Shown here: one piece after another, positions 41,858 through 53,141 of the stretch
How positions within the stretch are numbered: the stretch's first letter is position 1
Layout: every line of letters starts with the position of its first letter
Source of the DNA: Mytilus trossulus
Lineage: Eukaryota
Assembly (NCBI RefSeq): GCF_036588685.1
Contig: NW_026963314.1
Location: 2,356,001 to 2,420,000, forward strand
Direction: 5' to 3'
DNA: 64,000 bases
Position numbers and translations under genes: made by a program
The notes under the pieces: generated by a model
The model's input: only the letters and a program-made list of their open reading frames with translations
Databases searched by the model: none
What the model was told of the DNA's origin: nothing

Positions 41858-42734
41858 ATGAAAACAAACATCAGTGTATTGACTGTTCTACTGTTTCTTC
41901 TACTGATCAACTTTTCCTCGAGTGCTCATCCCGCCGGGTGTTCCTATGATGGCACATTAGCCTCAACTGGACTATATACTTGTGATTTAGGAAGTTACAC
42001 TGCACCTCTCGCCTATAGTTCTTTCTCCAGTCCTCTCCCACAGAGATTGAAGATCACTGGTGTAACAGGAACATTCACCTCTCAATTGTCAGGATTCTCC
42101 AGCTTCTCCACTGGATCCTTTGACGCCAATTATCCAGCAAGCCTCGAACTGGAATGTTTGTCGTCTAATTCGTTAACGTTATCTAGTGTATCCTTCACAG
42201 ATATGGGTTATCTCCAGGAAGTTAAATTCAGTTTCTGTAACATAGTATCATTGACTACCGGGATGCTGTCTCCATTTGGAACACTCAATTCCTTACGATT
42301 TGAAGGGGGTTCTATTGCTTCATATTCAAATAGCTTTCTAACTGGACTCATAGTGGAACCCGTGACATCAACTCCAGAACCGAAAGGAGAGCTTGTAATT
42401 AAAGATTGTACGATTACCCCTACGTCCATACCATCCGGGACATTTGACGTTTTGACAACAGTGAAGTCCATTCGTGTAGAGAACGCCGGTGTTACAGCGG
42501 TTGACAGTTCACTATACAACCTGGCTGTGGCTGTAAATGACGTATCTCTGGCAGATAACTCTATAACCACTCTAGACAGTGGTATATTTAGCAGCCTGAA
42601 AGGACTATCTGATATAAACCTTGACGGGATACCGTATAATTGTACTTGTACCTCCCTAGCATTTCTACAGTCTTTGTCTCAGAACTCTATCCGCTCGGCT
42701 GGTCCCATCTGTAATACGCCAGCTGCCTATCAAA
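41858..42734 (+). CDS. LRR-TM gene F, exon 1; spliced product ~394 aa
   Basis: MKTNISVLTVLLFLLL signal peptide; closest paralog of E; PYNCTC; donor caa a|gtaagt; 877 nt; possible 5'UTR acceptor gttttcag at 41848. Confidence 0.92.
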
Positions 42735-42935
42735 GTAAGTAACATTGCATAAACTTCTCTTTTTAAATTCAGCTTGTTTCAAGTCAAAACACTATAATTA
42801 CCAACAGTAAATATTTGAAAAACAACTCCAAATTAAAGAAGATATAAACATTGCCGAAAGTATACAAACTAGTGTTGTTTCATTTTTATGTGTAGTTTTT
42901 CTCTTTCTGTGTAACAGTATAATGTATGTTTGTAT

Positions 42936-43300
42936 TTAAGAATTGAATGCTTCTTTTTGTAAATTTATTGGGGTGTTAAAGCGTTGACCGAAGTACATTT
43001 TGTATGAAGCGCAAGCGCTTCATTCTAAAAATGTACGCACGGTCAACGCTTTTACAACCCTATAAAGTTACAAAAAGAAGCATTCAATACTTATAATTAC
43101 ATTTTTTAGCTAGGATTATAAAAACACGATTTTCATGAAGTTAAATTTTTAAATTCACCTGTGCACTTTATTGTGGGACCTCGTGTCATCATGAATGAAA
43201 TGTTATTGTCTCATGCAATTGCTTACGGAATAACATGTGATGTTCAATTAGCCAATCAGAATAACGTATTATAATGAAACATACATCTAATGTAATTATT
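42936..43300. mobile_element. Palindromic non-autonomous element (~160-bp hairpin plus tail)
   Basis: 42936-43095 is an imperfect palindrome centred on gaagcgcaagcgcttc; ataattacatt/aatgtaattat bracket the remainder. Confidence 0.65.
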
Positions 43301-43379
43301 TGTGTGCGTTTCATCAATATAGGCGTATTTGCAAATACATTATTTTAATTTTAATTCACATTAATTCAACAGGGTTAAC

Positions 43380-43558
43380 ATCCTGTGTAAACAAATAAAC
43401 AATATATCATACATCTGCTACACTCCTGTGTAAACAAATATACAATATATCATACATCTGCTACACTCCTGTGTAAACAGATATACAATATATCATACAT
43501 CTGCTACACTCCTGTGTAAACAAATATACAATATATCATACATCTGCTACACTCCTGT
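43380..43558 (+). repeat. ~43-bp intronic minisatellite, ~4 units
   Basis: tcctgtgtaaacaaatatacaatatatcatacatctgctacac repeated. Confidence 0.9.
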
Positions 43559-44186
43559 TTAATTTAAACTTTCAAAATCATAGTTTAAAAAGTTGGTCAC
43601 GGAAAGAAAAAAGTGAAAAACTATAAAAGGATTCCAATTTTTTTAAATGATCTGAAAACAACAGCCGTCAACACTCCTACGCACAATAATCAATTAACTG
43701 ATACACTCATGTGCTACCATATCTAAAATTAGCAAAAAGATAATTAATGCTGTTTTTTTTCTTTATAATGAATTCATGCATGTGAGATCATATAAAAAAA
43801 GAGAATGTTCAATCAAAGAAAACTAATGTATAAAGAGATGGTGTTGTGCATACCATACGTCAATGAGACAGAAATCTAACAACACATAAAAACAACCGAG
43901 GTCGTAGTAATTGTCTTAAGCATTAGACATGTGTATATATTACAAATCAAAGTGAACATCGTTCAAGTGTAGAAAATAGTGAACATGACTTAAGCAGAAA
44001 AAAGAACAAAGAATCTAGACATTTTCAAGTTTTTTTTTTTAATCTTTACAGACAGCGGCCGGGTTGCTTTTTAGATTTTTTCAGGAGTGATATTTGATAG
44101 TTTACTATTTTTACAATTCATTTTTTTCTTCAAATTAAATCATGCATTGATTGTGTATGCATCTCAAGTGCAATCTGTTATTGTAG

Positions 44187-44243
44187 ACAAGAAAGCGACA
44201 AAGTACTATGCAGATTCGTGTGATCTAAGTGTCAGCTGTGCAG
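44187..44243 (+). CDS. LRR-TM gene F, exon 2 (NKKATKYYADSCDLSVSCA)
   Basis: tattgtag|ac ... gcag|gtttgt, 57 nt. Confidence 0.92.
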
Positions 44244-44971
44244 GTTTGTACATTACAATAACATGAGGTATTTTATTACAGTAACAATTACTCGATGCCA
44301 TGAAAAAAAGATCTGTACGTTTCATTTTCTCTTCTGGTAAATATTTCATTAGCCAATGGAAAATCAGCCTTCACATTTTTGAAGGTGTATATGAATACGA
44401 TAATACAAGAGAATCTCGGATTCAAACACACAGAAAGTAAAACCGAGCGTTTTAGATCCTTGTAAAAGTAGCTTACTAGTATTTATATAGTATATTAATC
44501 AGATCATTGTCATTTCTTTTTGTTTTAACATTAATATTTTTAAAAACCTCTTTACATTCACTAAGTTCACATGGAAATAAACAGTTGAAATGTAAGCTTA
44601 CATGCAATTTAAAGACTATATCTACAAGACTGTTGGACCAACTCATATGATTTGAGTATAAACTTATTGTTAAATTGTTAATAATGAATTATATAGATAT
44701 AGGAAGATGTTATGAGATTCCAATGAGACAACTCTCCATCCAAATAACAATTTAAAAAAGTAAACCATTATAGGTCAATTTACGGCCTTCAACACGGAGC
44801 CTTGGCTTACACCGAACAACAAGCTATAAATGGCCCCAAAATTACTAATGTAAAACCATTTAAACGAGAAAACCAACGGTCTAATCTATATAGAAAAAAA
44901 AAGAGAAACGAGAAACACTTATTAATTACATAAACAAACGACAACTACTGTACATCAGATTCCTATATATA

Positions 44972-45993
44972 GTATGATATTAGTATACCTTTATGTTTAG
45001 ATATAGCCATTGGATCAACCTGTATGACTGTGTATGTTATCAGTTTACCTTTATGTTTAGATATAGCCATTGGATCCATCTGTATGACTGTGTATGTTAT
45101 CAGTTTACCTTTATGTTTAGATATAGCCATTGGATCCATCTGTATGACTGTGTATGTTATCAGTTTACCTTTATGTTTAGATATAACCATTGGATCAACC
45201 TGTATGACTGTGTATGATATTAGTGTACCTTTATGTTTAGATATAGCCATTGGATCAACCTGTATGACTGTGTATGTTATCAGATTACCTTTATGTTAGA
45301 TATAGCCATTGGATCCATCTGTATGACTGTGTATGTTATTAGTTTACCTTTATGTTAGATATAGCCATTGGATCCATCTGTATGACTGTGTATGATATCA
45401 GTTTACCTTTATGTTTAGATATAGCCATTGGATCCATCTGTATGACTGTGTATGTTATCAGTTTACCTTTATGTTTAGATATAGCCATTGGATCCATCTG
45501 TATGACTGTGTATGATATCAGTTTACCTTTATGTTTAGATATAGCCATTGGATCCATCTGTATGACTGTGTATGTTATCAGTTTACCTTTATGTTTAGAT
45601 ATAACCATTGGATCAACCTGTATGACTGTGTATGATATTAGTGTACCTTTATGTTTAGATATAGCCATTGGATCAACCTGTATGACTGTGTATGTTATCA
45701 GATTACCTTTATGTTAGATATAGCCATTGGATCCATCTGTATGACTGTGTATGTTATTAGTTTACCTTTATGTTAGATATAGCCATTGGATCAACCTGTA
45801 TGACTGTGTTTGATATCAGTTTACCTTTATGTTTAGATATAGCCATTGGATCAACCTGTATGACTGTGTATGATATTAGTTTACCTTTATGTTTAGATAT
45901 AGCCATTGGATCAACCTGTATGACTGTGTATGATATCAGTTTACCTTTATGTTTAGATATAGCCATTGGATCAACCTGTATGACTGTGTATGA
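44972..45993 (+). repeat. 60-bp tandem array spanning the gene F exon 3 acceptor (17 acceptor copies)
   Basis: Unit ...ttacctttatgtttag|atatagccattggatcaacctgtatgactgtgtatg; four 59-bp variants. Confidence 0.95.
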
Positions 45994-46207
45994 GCTTGTT
46001 GGGAGTATTCTAAGCTTTGTTACCCTAGTGTTAGCGGCAATAGCACTGGTTATCATTTGCCACACCCGACGTCAGCTCATGGCAGCAACCTCTAACCTGG
46101 AAAAAAACAGGAACAGTGGATGGTCTAAAGCCAAGGAGGCTATGGATACAAATAGATCCATCAAACCTCCAATGAGAGGATCACAGGCAGTACATGGTTG
46201 GGGATGA
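45957..46207 (+). CDS. LRR-TM gene F, exon 3 (TM + tail ending HGWG*)
   Basis: Last acceptor of the array; DIAIGSTCMTVYELVG aligns with paralog D GITLGPTICMTIIEIVS; 251 nt. Confidence 0.88.
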
Positions 46208-47008
46208 GATCTTAAGTGACTGCATGGATCGATAGGTGTCAGTGGAACGACATGGACTAATCGAAACTATATGTTTTTATTTGATATAAAGTAAAAGGAA
46301 ATAAATCATGTATTTTAACTATAATATGTAATTATATAGTATGGTTTTTAAAATTAACGTAAATACCCGTTATAGAATTTTGTTTTCCAAAATTAGAAAA
46401 GTCTCACACGTGGTCAAGATCCCAAAATTAACGCACATATTTAAATATCAAACATAAAAAGGGTCGAAAAATACCAAAGGGGCATTTAAGGGCATTCGAT
46501 ACAGTTTCTATCTCATGATGATTTTTTTACAAAAATTTACATACGAGCTATGTTTTACCCAAGTGTTTGAAGCATTTAATAAAAGATATACCTTCATATT
46601 TGCAACTTATTTCCGAAAATGGTAAACGTGTTATGTTGTTATTGACATTTTCTCTACCTTTTTATTACATTTATTAGTTTTAAAATGTGATCTTAAAACT
46701 GGCGCTCATGGGCAAATAACACCATTTCTAAAATCTAGAAAGAAAGCAGCGAAAGATATTAGAATCACACCCAAACAAAGAAAAACAAAATGAGGTTACA
46801 ATTAATTACATTATAAACAAACCAAAAACAAAATGAGGTTACAATTAATTACATTATAAACAAGACCAAAAACAGAAAAAAATCATAATGAAATTACAAC
46901 TAATGACATTATTAACAAAACCATAACAGAGAAAAACATAATGAGATTACAACTAATAACATTTACAACAACTCAAAACAGGTTATGGGACAACAGTTGT
47001 CAGGACAA

Positions 47009-48495
47009 ACAACCACAATCATTCTCTCCTTGTCGGCCTAGTATCAACAACCACAATCATTCTCTCTTTGTCGGCCTAATATCAACAACCACGATCATTC
47101 TCTCCTTGTCGGCCTAATATCAACAACCACACTCATTCTCTCCTTGTCGGCCTAGTATCAACAACCACAATCATTCTCTCCTTGTCGGACTAATATCAAC
47201 AACCACAATCATTCTCTCCTTGTCGGCCTAATATCAACAACCACAATCATTCTCTCCTTGTCGGCCTAATATCAACAACCACAATCATTTTCTCCTTGTC
47301 GGCCTTATATCAACAACCATAATCATTCTCTCCTTGTCGGCTTAATATCAACAACCACAATCATTCTCTCCTTGTCGGCCTAATATCAACAACCACAATC
47401 ATTCTCTCCTTGTCGGCCTTATATCAACAACCACAATCATTCTCTCCTTGTCGGCCTAATATCAACAACCACAATCATTCTCTCCTTGTCGGCCTTATAT
47501 CAACAACCACAATCATTCTCTCCTTGTCGGCTTAATATCAACAACCACAATCATTCTCTCCTTGTCGGCCTAATATCAACAACCACAATCATTCTCTCCT
47601 TGTCGGCCTAATATCAACAACCACAATCATTCTCTCCTTGTCGGCCTTATATCAACAACCACAATCATTCTCTCCTTGTCGGCCTTATATCAACAACCAC
47701 AATCATTCTCTCCTTGTCGGCCTTATATCAACAACCACAAACATTCTCTCCTTGTCGGCCTAATATCAACAACCACAATCATTCTCTCCTTGTCGGCCTA
47801 ATATCAACAACCACAATCATTCTCTCCTTGTCGGCCTTATATCAACAACCACAATCATTCTCTCCTTGTCGGCCTAATATCAACAACCACAATCATCCTC
47901 TCCTTGTCGGCCTAATATCAACAACCACAATCATTTTCTCCTTGTCGGCCTTATATCAACAACCATAATCATTCTCTCCTTGTCGGCTTAATATCAACAA
48001 CCAACAACCACACTCATTCTCTCCTTGTCGGCCTTATATCAACAACCACAATCATTTTCTCCTTGTCGGCCTAATATCAACAACCACAAACATTCTCTCC
48101 TTGTCGGCCTAATATCAACAAACACAATCATTCTCTCCTTGTCGGCCTAATATCAACAACCACAATCATTCTCTCCGTGTCGGCCTAATATCAACAACCA
48201 CAATCATTCTCTCCTTGTCGGCCTCATATCAACAACCACAATCATTCTCTCCTTGTCGGCCTTATATCAACAACCACAATCATTCTCTCCTTGTCGGCCT
48301 AATATCAACAACCACACTCATTCTCTCCTTGTCGGCTTATATCAACAACCACAATCATTTTCTCCTTGTCGGCCTTATATCAACAACCACAATCATTCTC
48401 TCCTTGTCGGCTTATATCAACAACCACAATCATTTTCTCCTTGTCGGCTTATATCAACAACCACAATCATTTTCTCCTTGTCGGCCTAATAACAA
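47009..48495 (+). repeat. 38-bp minisatellite, ~39 units, intergenic
   Basis: caaccacaatcattctctccttgtcggcctaatatcaa repeated. Confidence 0.95.
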
Positions 48496-51400
48496 CACGT
48501 ACAGAGTTATCAAAAGTACCAGGATTATACTTTTATACAGTCAGTGTTCCTAACACTCAGAACTGATAGACATGCAATATTGCTGAAATCCGTTTCATTT
48601 GAACTACTTTGGAAAGTTGTTTCATTGGCAATATAACAAAATCTGCTTATATTTTATATGAAAGTCAAAACATTTAAAAGGTCCCTGATAGCCATATTAG
48701 GTAGAGTCACAAAAACAACGCAGCTTTAACTTGTTAAGGACAATTGATGACCCTTCCCCCTCGAACTCGAAAAACGATTAAACAAATATCTGTACATGTA
48801 TATATCTATCAATGGTATACTTCTAAGATAAAACTGCAAAATTACATTGTCTGTCAAATACTTGAAATGTCTCCTTGTTTTGCCAATATTTAATCCAAAT
48901 GTTGCTCTATAATTATTGTTTTGTTCAAATATCATTAACAGTCGGAAACCAGGTTGAAATAGAGCAAAAGAATCGAACTATTTATTAGAGAAGGCGATAA
49001 AAGTTTACTGTATTGTTTACTATAGTGACCAGTTTTTTAAAAGTTAATAGAACCAAACAAAATTGCAATTTTCTTCTCAATAACGAGGTGTTTTATTTTA
49101 AAAACACTATTTGCAATTTATTTAGTACATAGTTAAGCAGAACAATTAGATATCAAGTCGACGACATGCGTATTTTTCAAGTTGGATGAAGAAAATGCAT
49201 AACCTCCGATTTTTTCTGAAAAAATTATCACGGACGGAAAACATATCAATCTAATAGTTCAGTAATTTTCCTGTCTGCCCTTCCATTATGTGACTGAGAA
49301 AAAATTCCAAAAAATAGGTAACAATTGTATCGAAAAGAGAAAATCGAGTGCGACTTTTTATGTTAGGGCGTGTTTGAGTTGATTATTTTGTCTTGATATC
49401 GTACAAAGTAAGAATATTTCATACATCATCTCGCTTTAGATTCTATTATTTTCATATATTTAAGCTTCAGGTTGACTTTATAACACAAAAAATAACAGTA
49501 CTAAAAGATGAAATATATGGGCCAAGTGAAATACCTATCTAATGAGTCACAAAAACAGAGAAGGTGTGTTCGAATAGCTATTTGTTTTACTGAAAGTACT
49601 TGACGACAGTCTTACAAGTTGGATGATGAAAATGCATATCTTCGAAAAATTCTAATTTTTTGTATGTGATAACTAGGGTTTATAGTCTTCATACACTAAA
49701 AAAAAATGTAGTCTGCCCTTTCACGAAATATTTAATTAGATTTTTTTTAAATGTTTATGAATTTTCGAAAATTCCACCTGACAACCGATCAGACAATAGT
49801 TTTAAGTTGAATCAATGCAGACAAGATCATTAACTGATGCTCATTAGCTAGTTGATACATTTGTCTTTTACAATGCAACTGACATATGAGGATCGTACTG
49901 GTGCAATGTGGATAAATTTATCGGTTTCCAAGAGCAAAATTGGTAGCGCGTCATCCCTACAATGGCTTCCATTTCTACGATTGTGAAGATGAACTGGCGT
50001 AATGGGGAGATAATTTTGACGAAGTAGGATCCTGACTGTAAGGGCCTGATAATTCTCTTTGTCGGTTAACATTTAAAAAATGTTAAGTGTCTGTGCATGA
50101 ATCAATATATAAAAAAAGAATTGGTATGATTGCCAATGAGACAACTATCCACAAAAGACCAAAATGACACAAACATTAACATTTATAGGTCACCATACGG
50201 CCTTCAACAATGAACAAAGCCCATACCGCTTTGTCAGCTATTTCTTGTTTGAATTGTTTTACATGGTCTTATTGGGGCCTTTTATAGCTGACTATGTGGT
50301 ATTGGGTATACTCATTGTTCTAGGCCGTACGGTGACCTAAAGTTGTTAAATGTCTGCGTCATTTTGGTCTCTTGTGGACAGTTGTCTCATTTGCAATCAT
50401 ACCACATCTTCTTTTTTATATTATAAGGATTGTTACGTTTTATAATAACGTTACTCTTTATATTGCTGATCATTCTTGCAATCAAATTGAAAGTTTTAAC
50501 TTTTAGTGGAAAAGGCTTTATTTCAGGGGTAATAACTCAGGTTTACTGATTTTTCTAACATTTATAGGTAAATGTCGTGCTGAAGATTTTTCAATTTGCA
50601 CTTTAAATGCAGATAACGCTAACATTCAAAAACTGAAAAAAGATGTTGTTTAACGGACAAATAAAACATACTCAAAGATATGTCAACGGATTTTTATTAC
50701 TTTGCAATTCAAGGCATCTGCATTATGTATTCTGTGTCCTTTCTGCCAATATACGCACACCTTCAGAATGAAGTCAAGAATATCATTTCACCAGTAGAAT
50801 GTTATAGATTAAAAGTATCCAACCACCAATAGAATATGTATAACGATGTACACTATTTACAATTGTCGGTATATATCTCTACACCAATATCTCACACGTT
50901 CTCGTCTATAAAATTTAGAAATGAGTCCTTAGATAGCATGAAATTTGCAGTCCACACAACCATTTTCTTAAATAAAACTGTGATCTTAAATCACTTTTTT
51001 CTATATCTTTTCTGCATCTTGTTCTGCTGGTGTTTTTTTGGGTGTTTTATACGTTTATCATACCTCCTTTAGTTTTCAGTCAACAACTGTTTTAAATTGA
51101 AAAAATATATATATATAAAAAAGAAGATGTGGTATGATTGCCAATAAGATAACTCTCCAAAAGTTACCATAATGACACATAAATTAACAGCTTTAATCAG
51201 TCACCGTATGGCCTTCAACAATGATCAAAGCCCATACCAGATAGTCAGCTATAAAAGACACCGAAGTGACAATGTAAAACAATTCAAACGAGAAAAACTA
51301 ACTGCCTTATTTACAAAAAAAAATAAGCCTTTATAGCCACAATAAGACATCCAACTGTAGGGCTTTAGCTAAAACTCCGTTGCATCTTCTTTCCGCTCTT

Positions 51401-52264
51401 TAATTTAAATAAGCCTTTCTGATTAATATGAAAGGATTTATGAAGGGGAACCTTTTCAATAGACATACATGACTGATACTGTAGTCATCCTTATTGCAAA
51501 CTGTTTGCAATATAGATAATTATTAAGTTAGAAATACAGCAAATTCTGTCAATCTGCAAAAAATACTTAGTACATGTATCAATCATTCGAGAAAAACGTT
51601 TGAGCTGAAGATAACTACAAAAAAAGTTATACACTTGGTAAGATTTCAAATGTCACAATTATCTTTAAAAGACAAACAGACTATTGAATGTAACTTTTAA
51701 AAGACAAACATGACACAACATAGAAAACTAAAGACTTAATGCAAATTGCGTGTAACGAATTGGCGAACACAGAGACTCAGAGCGTCTGCATTTTGCGATC
51801 TTCTAATCAAATCCCCCACTTTTTCAACTTCAGTACTGTAATGCCATACATACTTTTGAAATAACTTTAATGTGATTTAATAACAATGAATAACAACTCA
51901 TAGTCATAACTAGAATGTATTATACCTAAACAGACCATTTTCGACATAAGGAGTTTATCTACTTAAACATTTTAGTGTACATGAAAAACTACAATTATTT
52001 AAAATTAATTCTGAAACAACACGATTCTATTGTTTATTTAATCTCTTGTATTGAGGTGTATTTTTTAATAAATATTATCTTTTGACCTTATTATTAAGAA
52101 TTACTCTAATTTTACCACTGTGCCAATATTTCACTTAATCGGATTTAGTTGGATTTATGTGTATTTTATACCTTAACCTTTAAAGAAATGAATGTATAAT
52201 AATTGCTTTCAATATGGCGGAATATTTCCTCAGAAGATAGTAAGATAATTTAATAACAAAAACA

Positions 52265-53141
52265 ATGGGTCTACATTTGTGTTTTCTGTTTGTTATATAT
52301 GTTTTGTCATCAGTATCTGGGGACCCTACCGGTTGTTCATATGATGCATCGACAATTTTATTCACCTGTAACGCAAGAAGTTGGAGTTTGCCTCTTGTAT
52401 TTTCTGACTTTACAACTGCGCAGCCGCAAAGACTGATGCTGAAAGATGTTGATGGAGAAATCTCAGCAAGTGCACCAAATGGACCAGCATTTTCTGGATT
52501 CAGTAGTATTAACACTGCAACTTTTGACCCAGACTATGCGCCAGCCCTATATATCATGTGTTATTTCGGAGGGCAGTTAATTTTGGACAAAGACGCGTTT
52601 GCCGATTTCAGTTACGTTGAAGAAGTCAAAATCCTAAATTGTGATATTCTATCCATTCCAGTTGAAGCATTCTCTTACTTTGGAGATGTCAATCTATTCC
52701 ACATTCAAGGCGGATCCATTTCTAATATGGTGGCTGATAGTTTCAAAAATCTGAACGTAAATCGAATGACAACAGTACCGAATCCAAAGGGAGAGTTCGC
52801 AATTATTAACTCAGAGCTGACTTCCGGTGCATTGGCATTCGGAGCATTGTTTAATATGCCAAACATTGAACGTGTGCTGATTGAAAACGCTCACCTATCA
52901 ACAGTAACATCCGACATGTTCTATGCTTTATCAAAGTTAAATTATGCTTCCCTGAACTATAACACGTTTACAACCATCCCGAACAACATGTTTGCCAATG
53001 TCTTTGGCCTTGCCTCAGTAGATATGTATGGCATCAGCTGGGACTGTTCCTGTGACAACCTCTGGTTCTTAGACTATTTATCAGAGAACAATATCACTAT
53101 GAATGGCGACATAGTCTGTAGCACGCCTGTTGATTACGAAC
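52265..53141 (+). CDS. LRR-TM gene G, exon 1
   Basis: Signal peptide, PTGCSYD cap, LNYASLNYNTFTTI LRR, WDCSCDNLW; donor gaa c|gtaagt; 877 nt. Confidence 0.92.

Noticed and set aside
47714-48566. Gln/Pro- or His/Asn-rich repeat ORFs
   Set aside because: Translations of a 38-bp unit that is not a multiple of three; non-ATG starts
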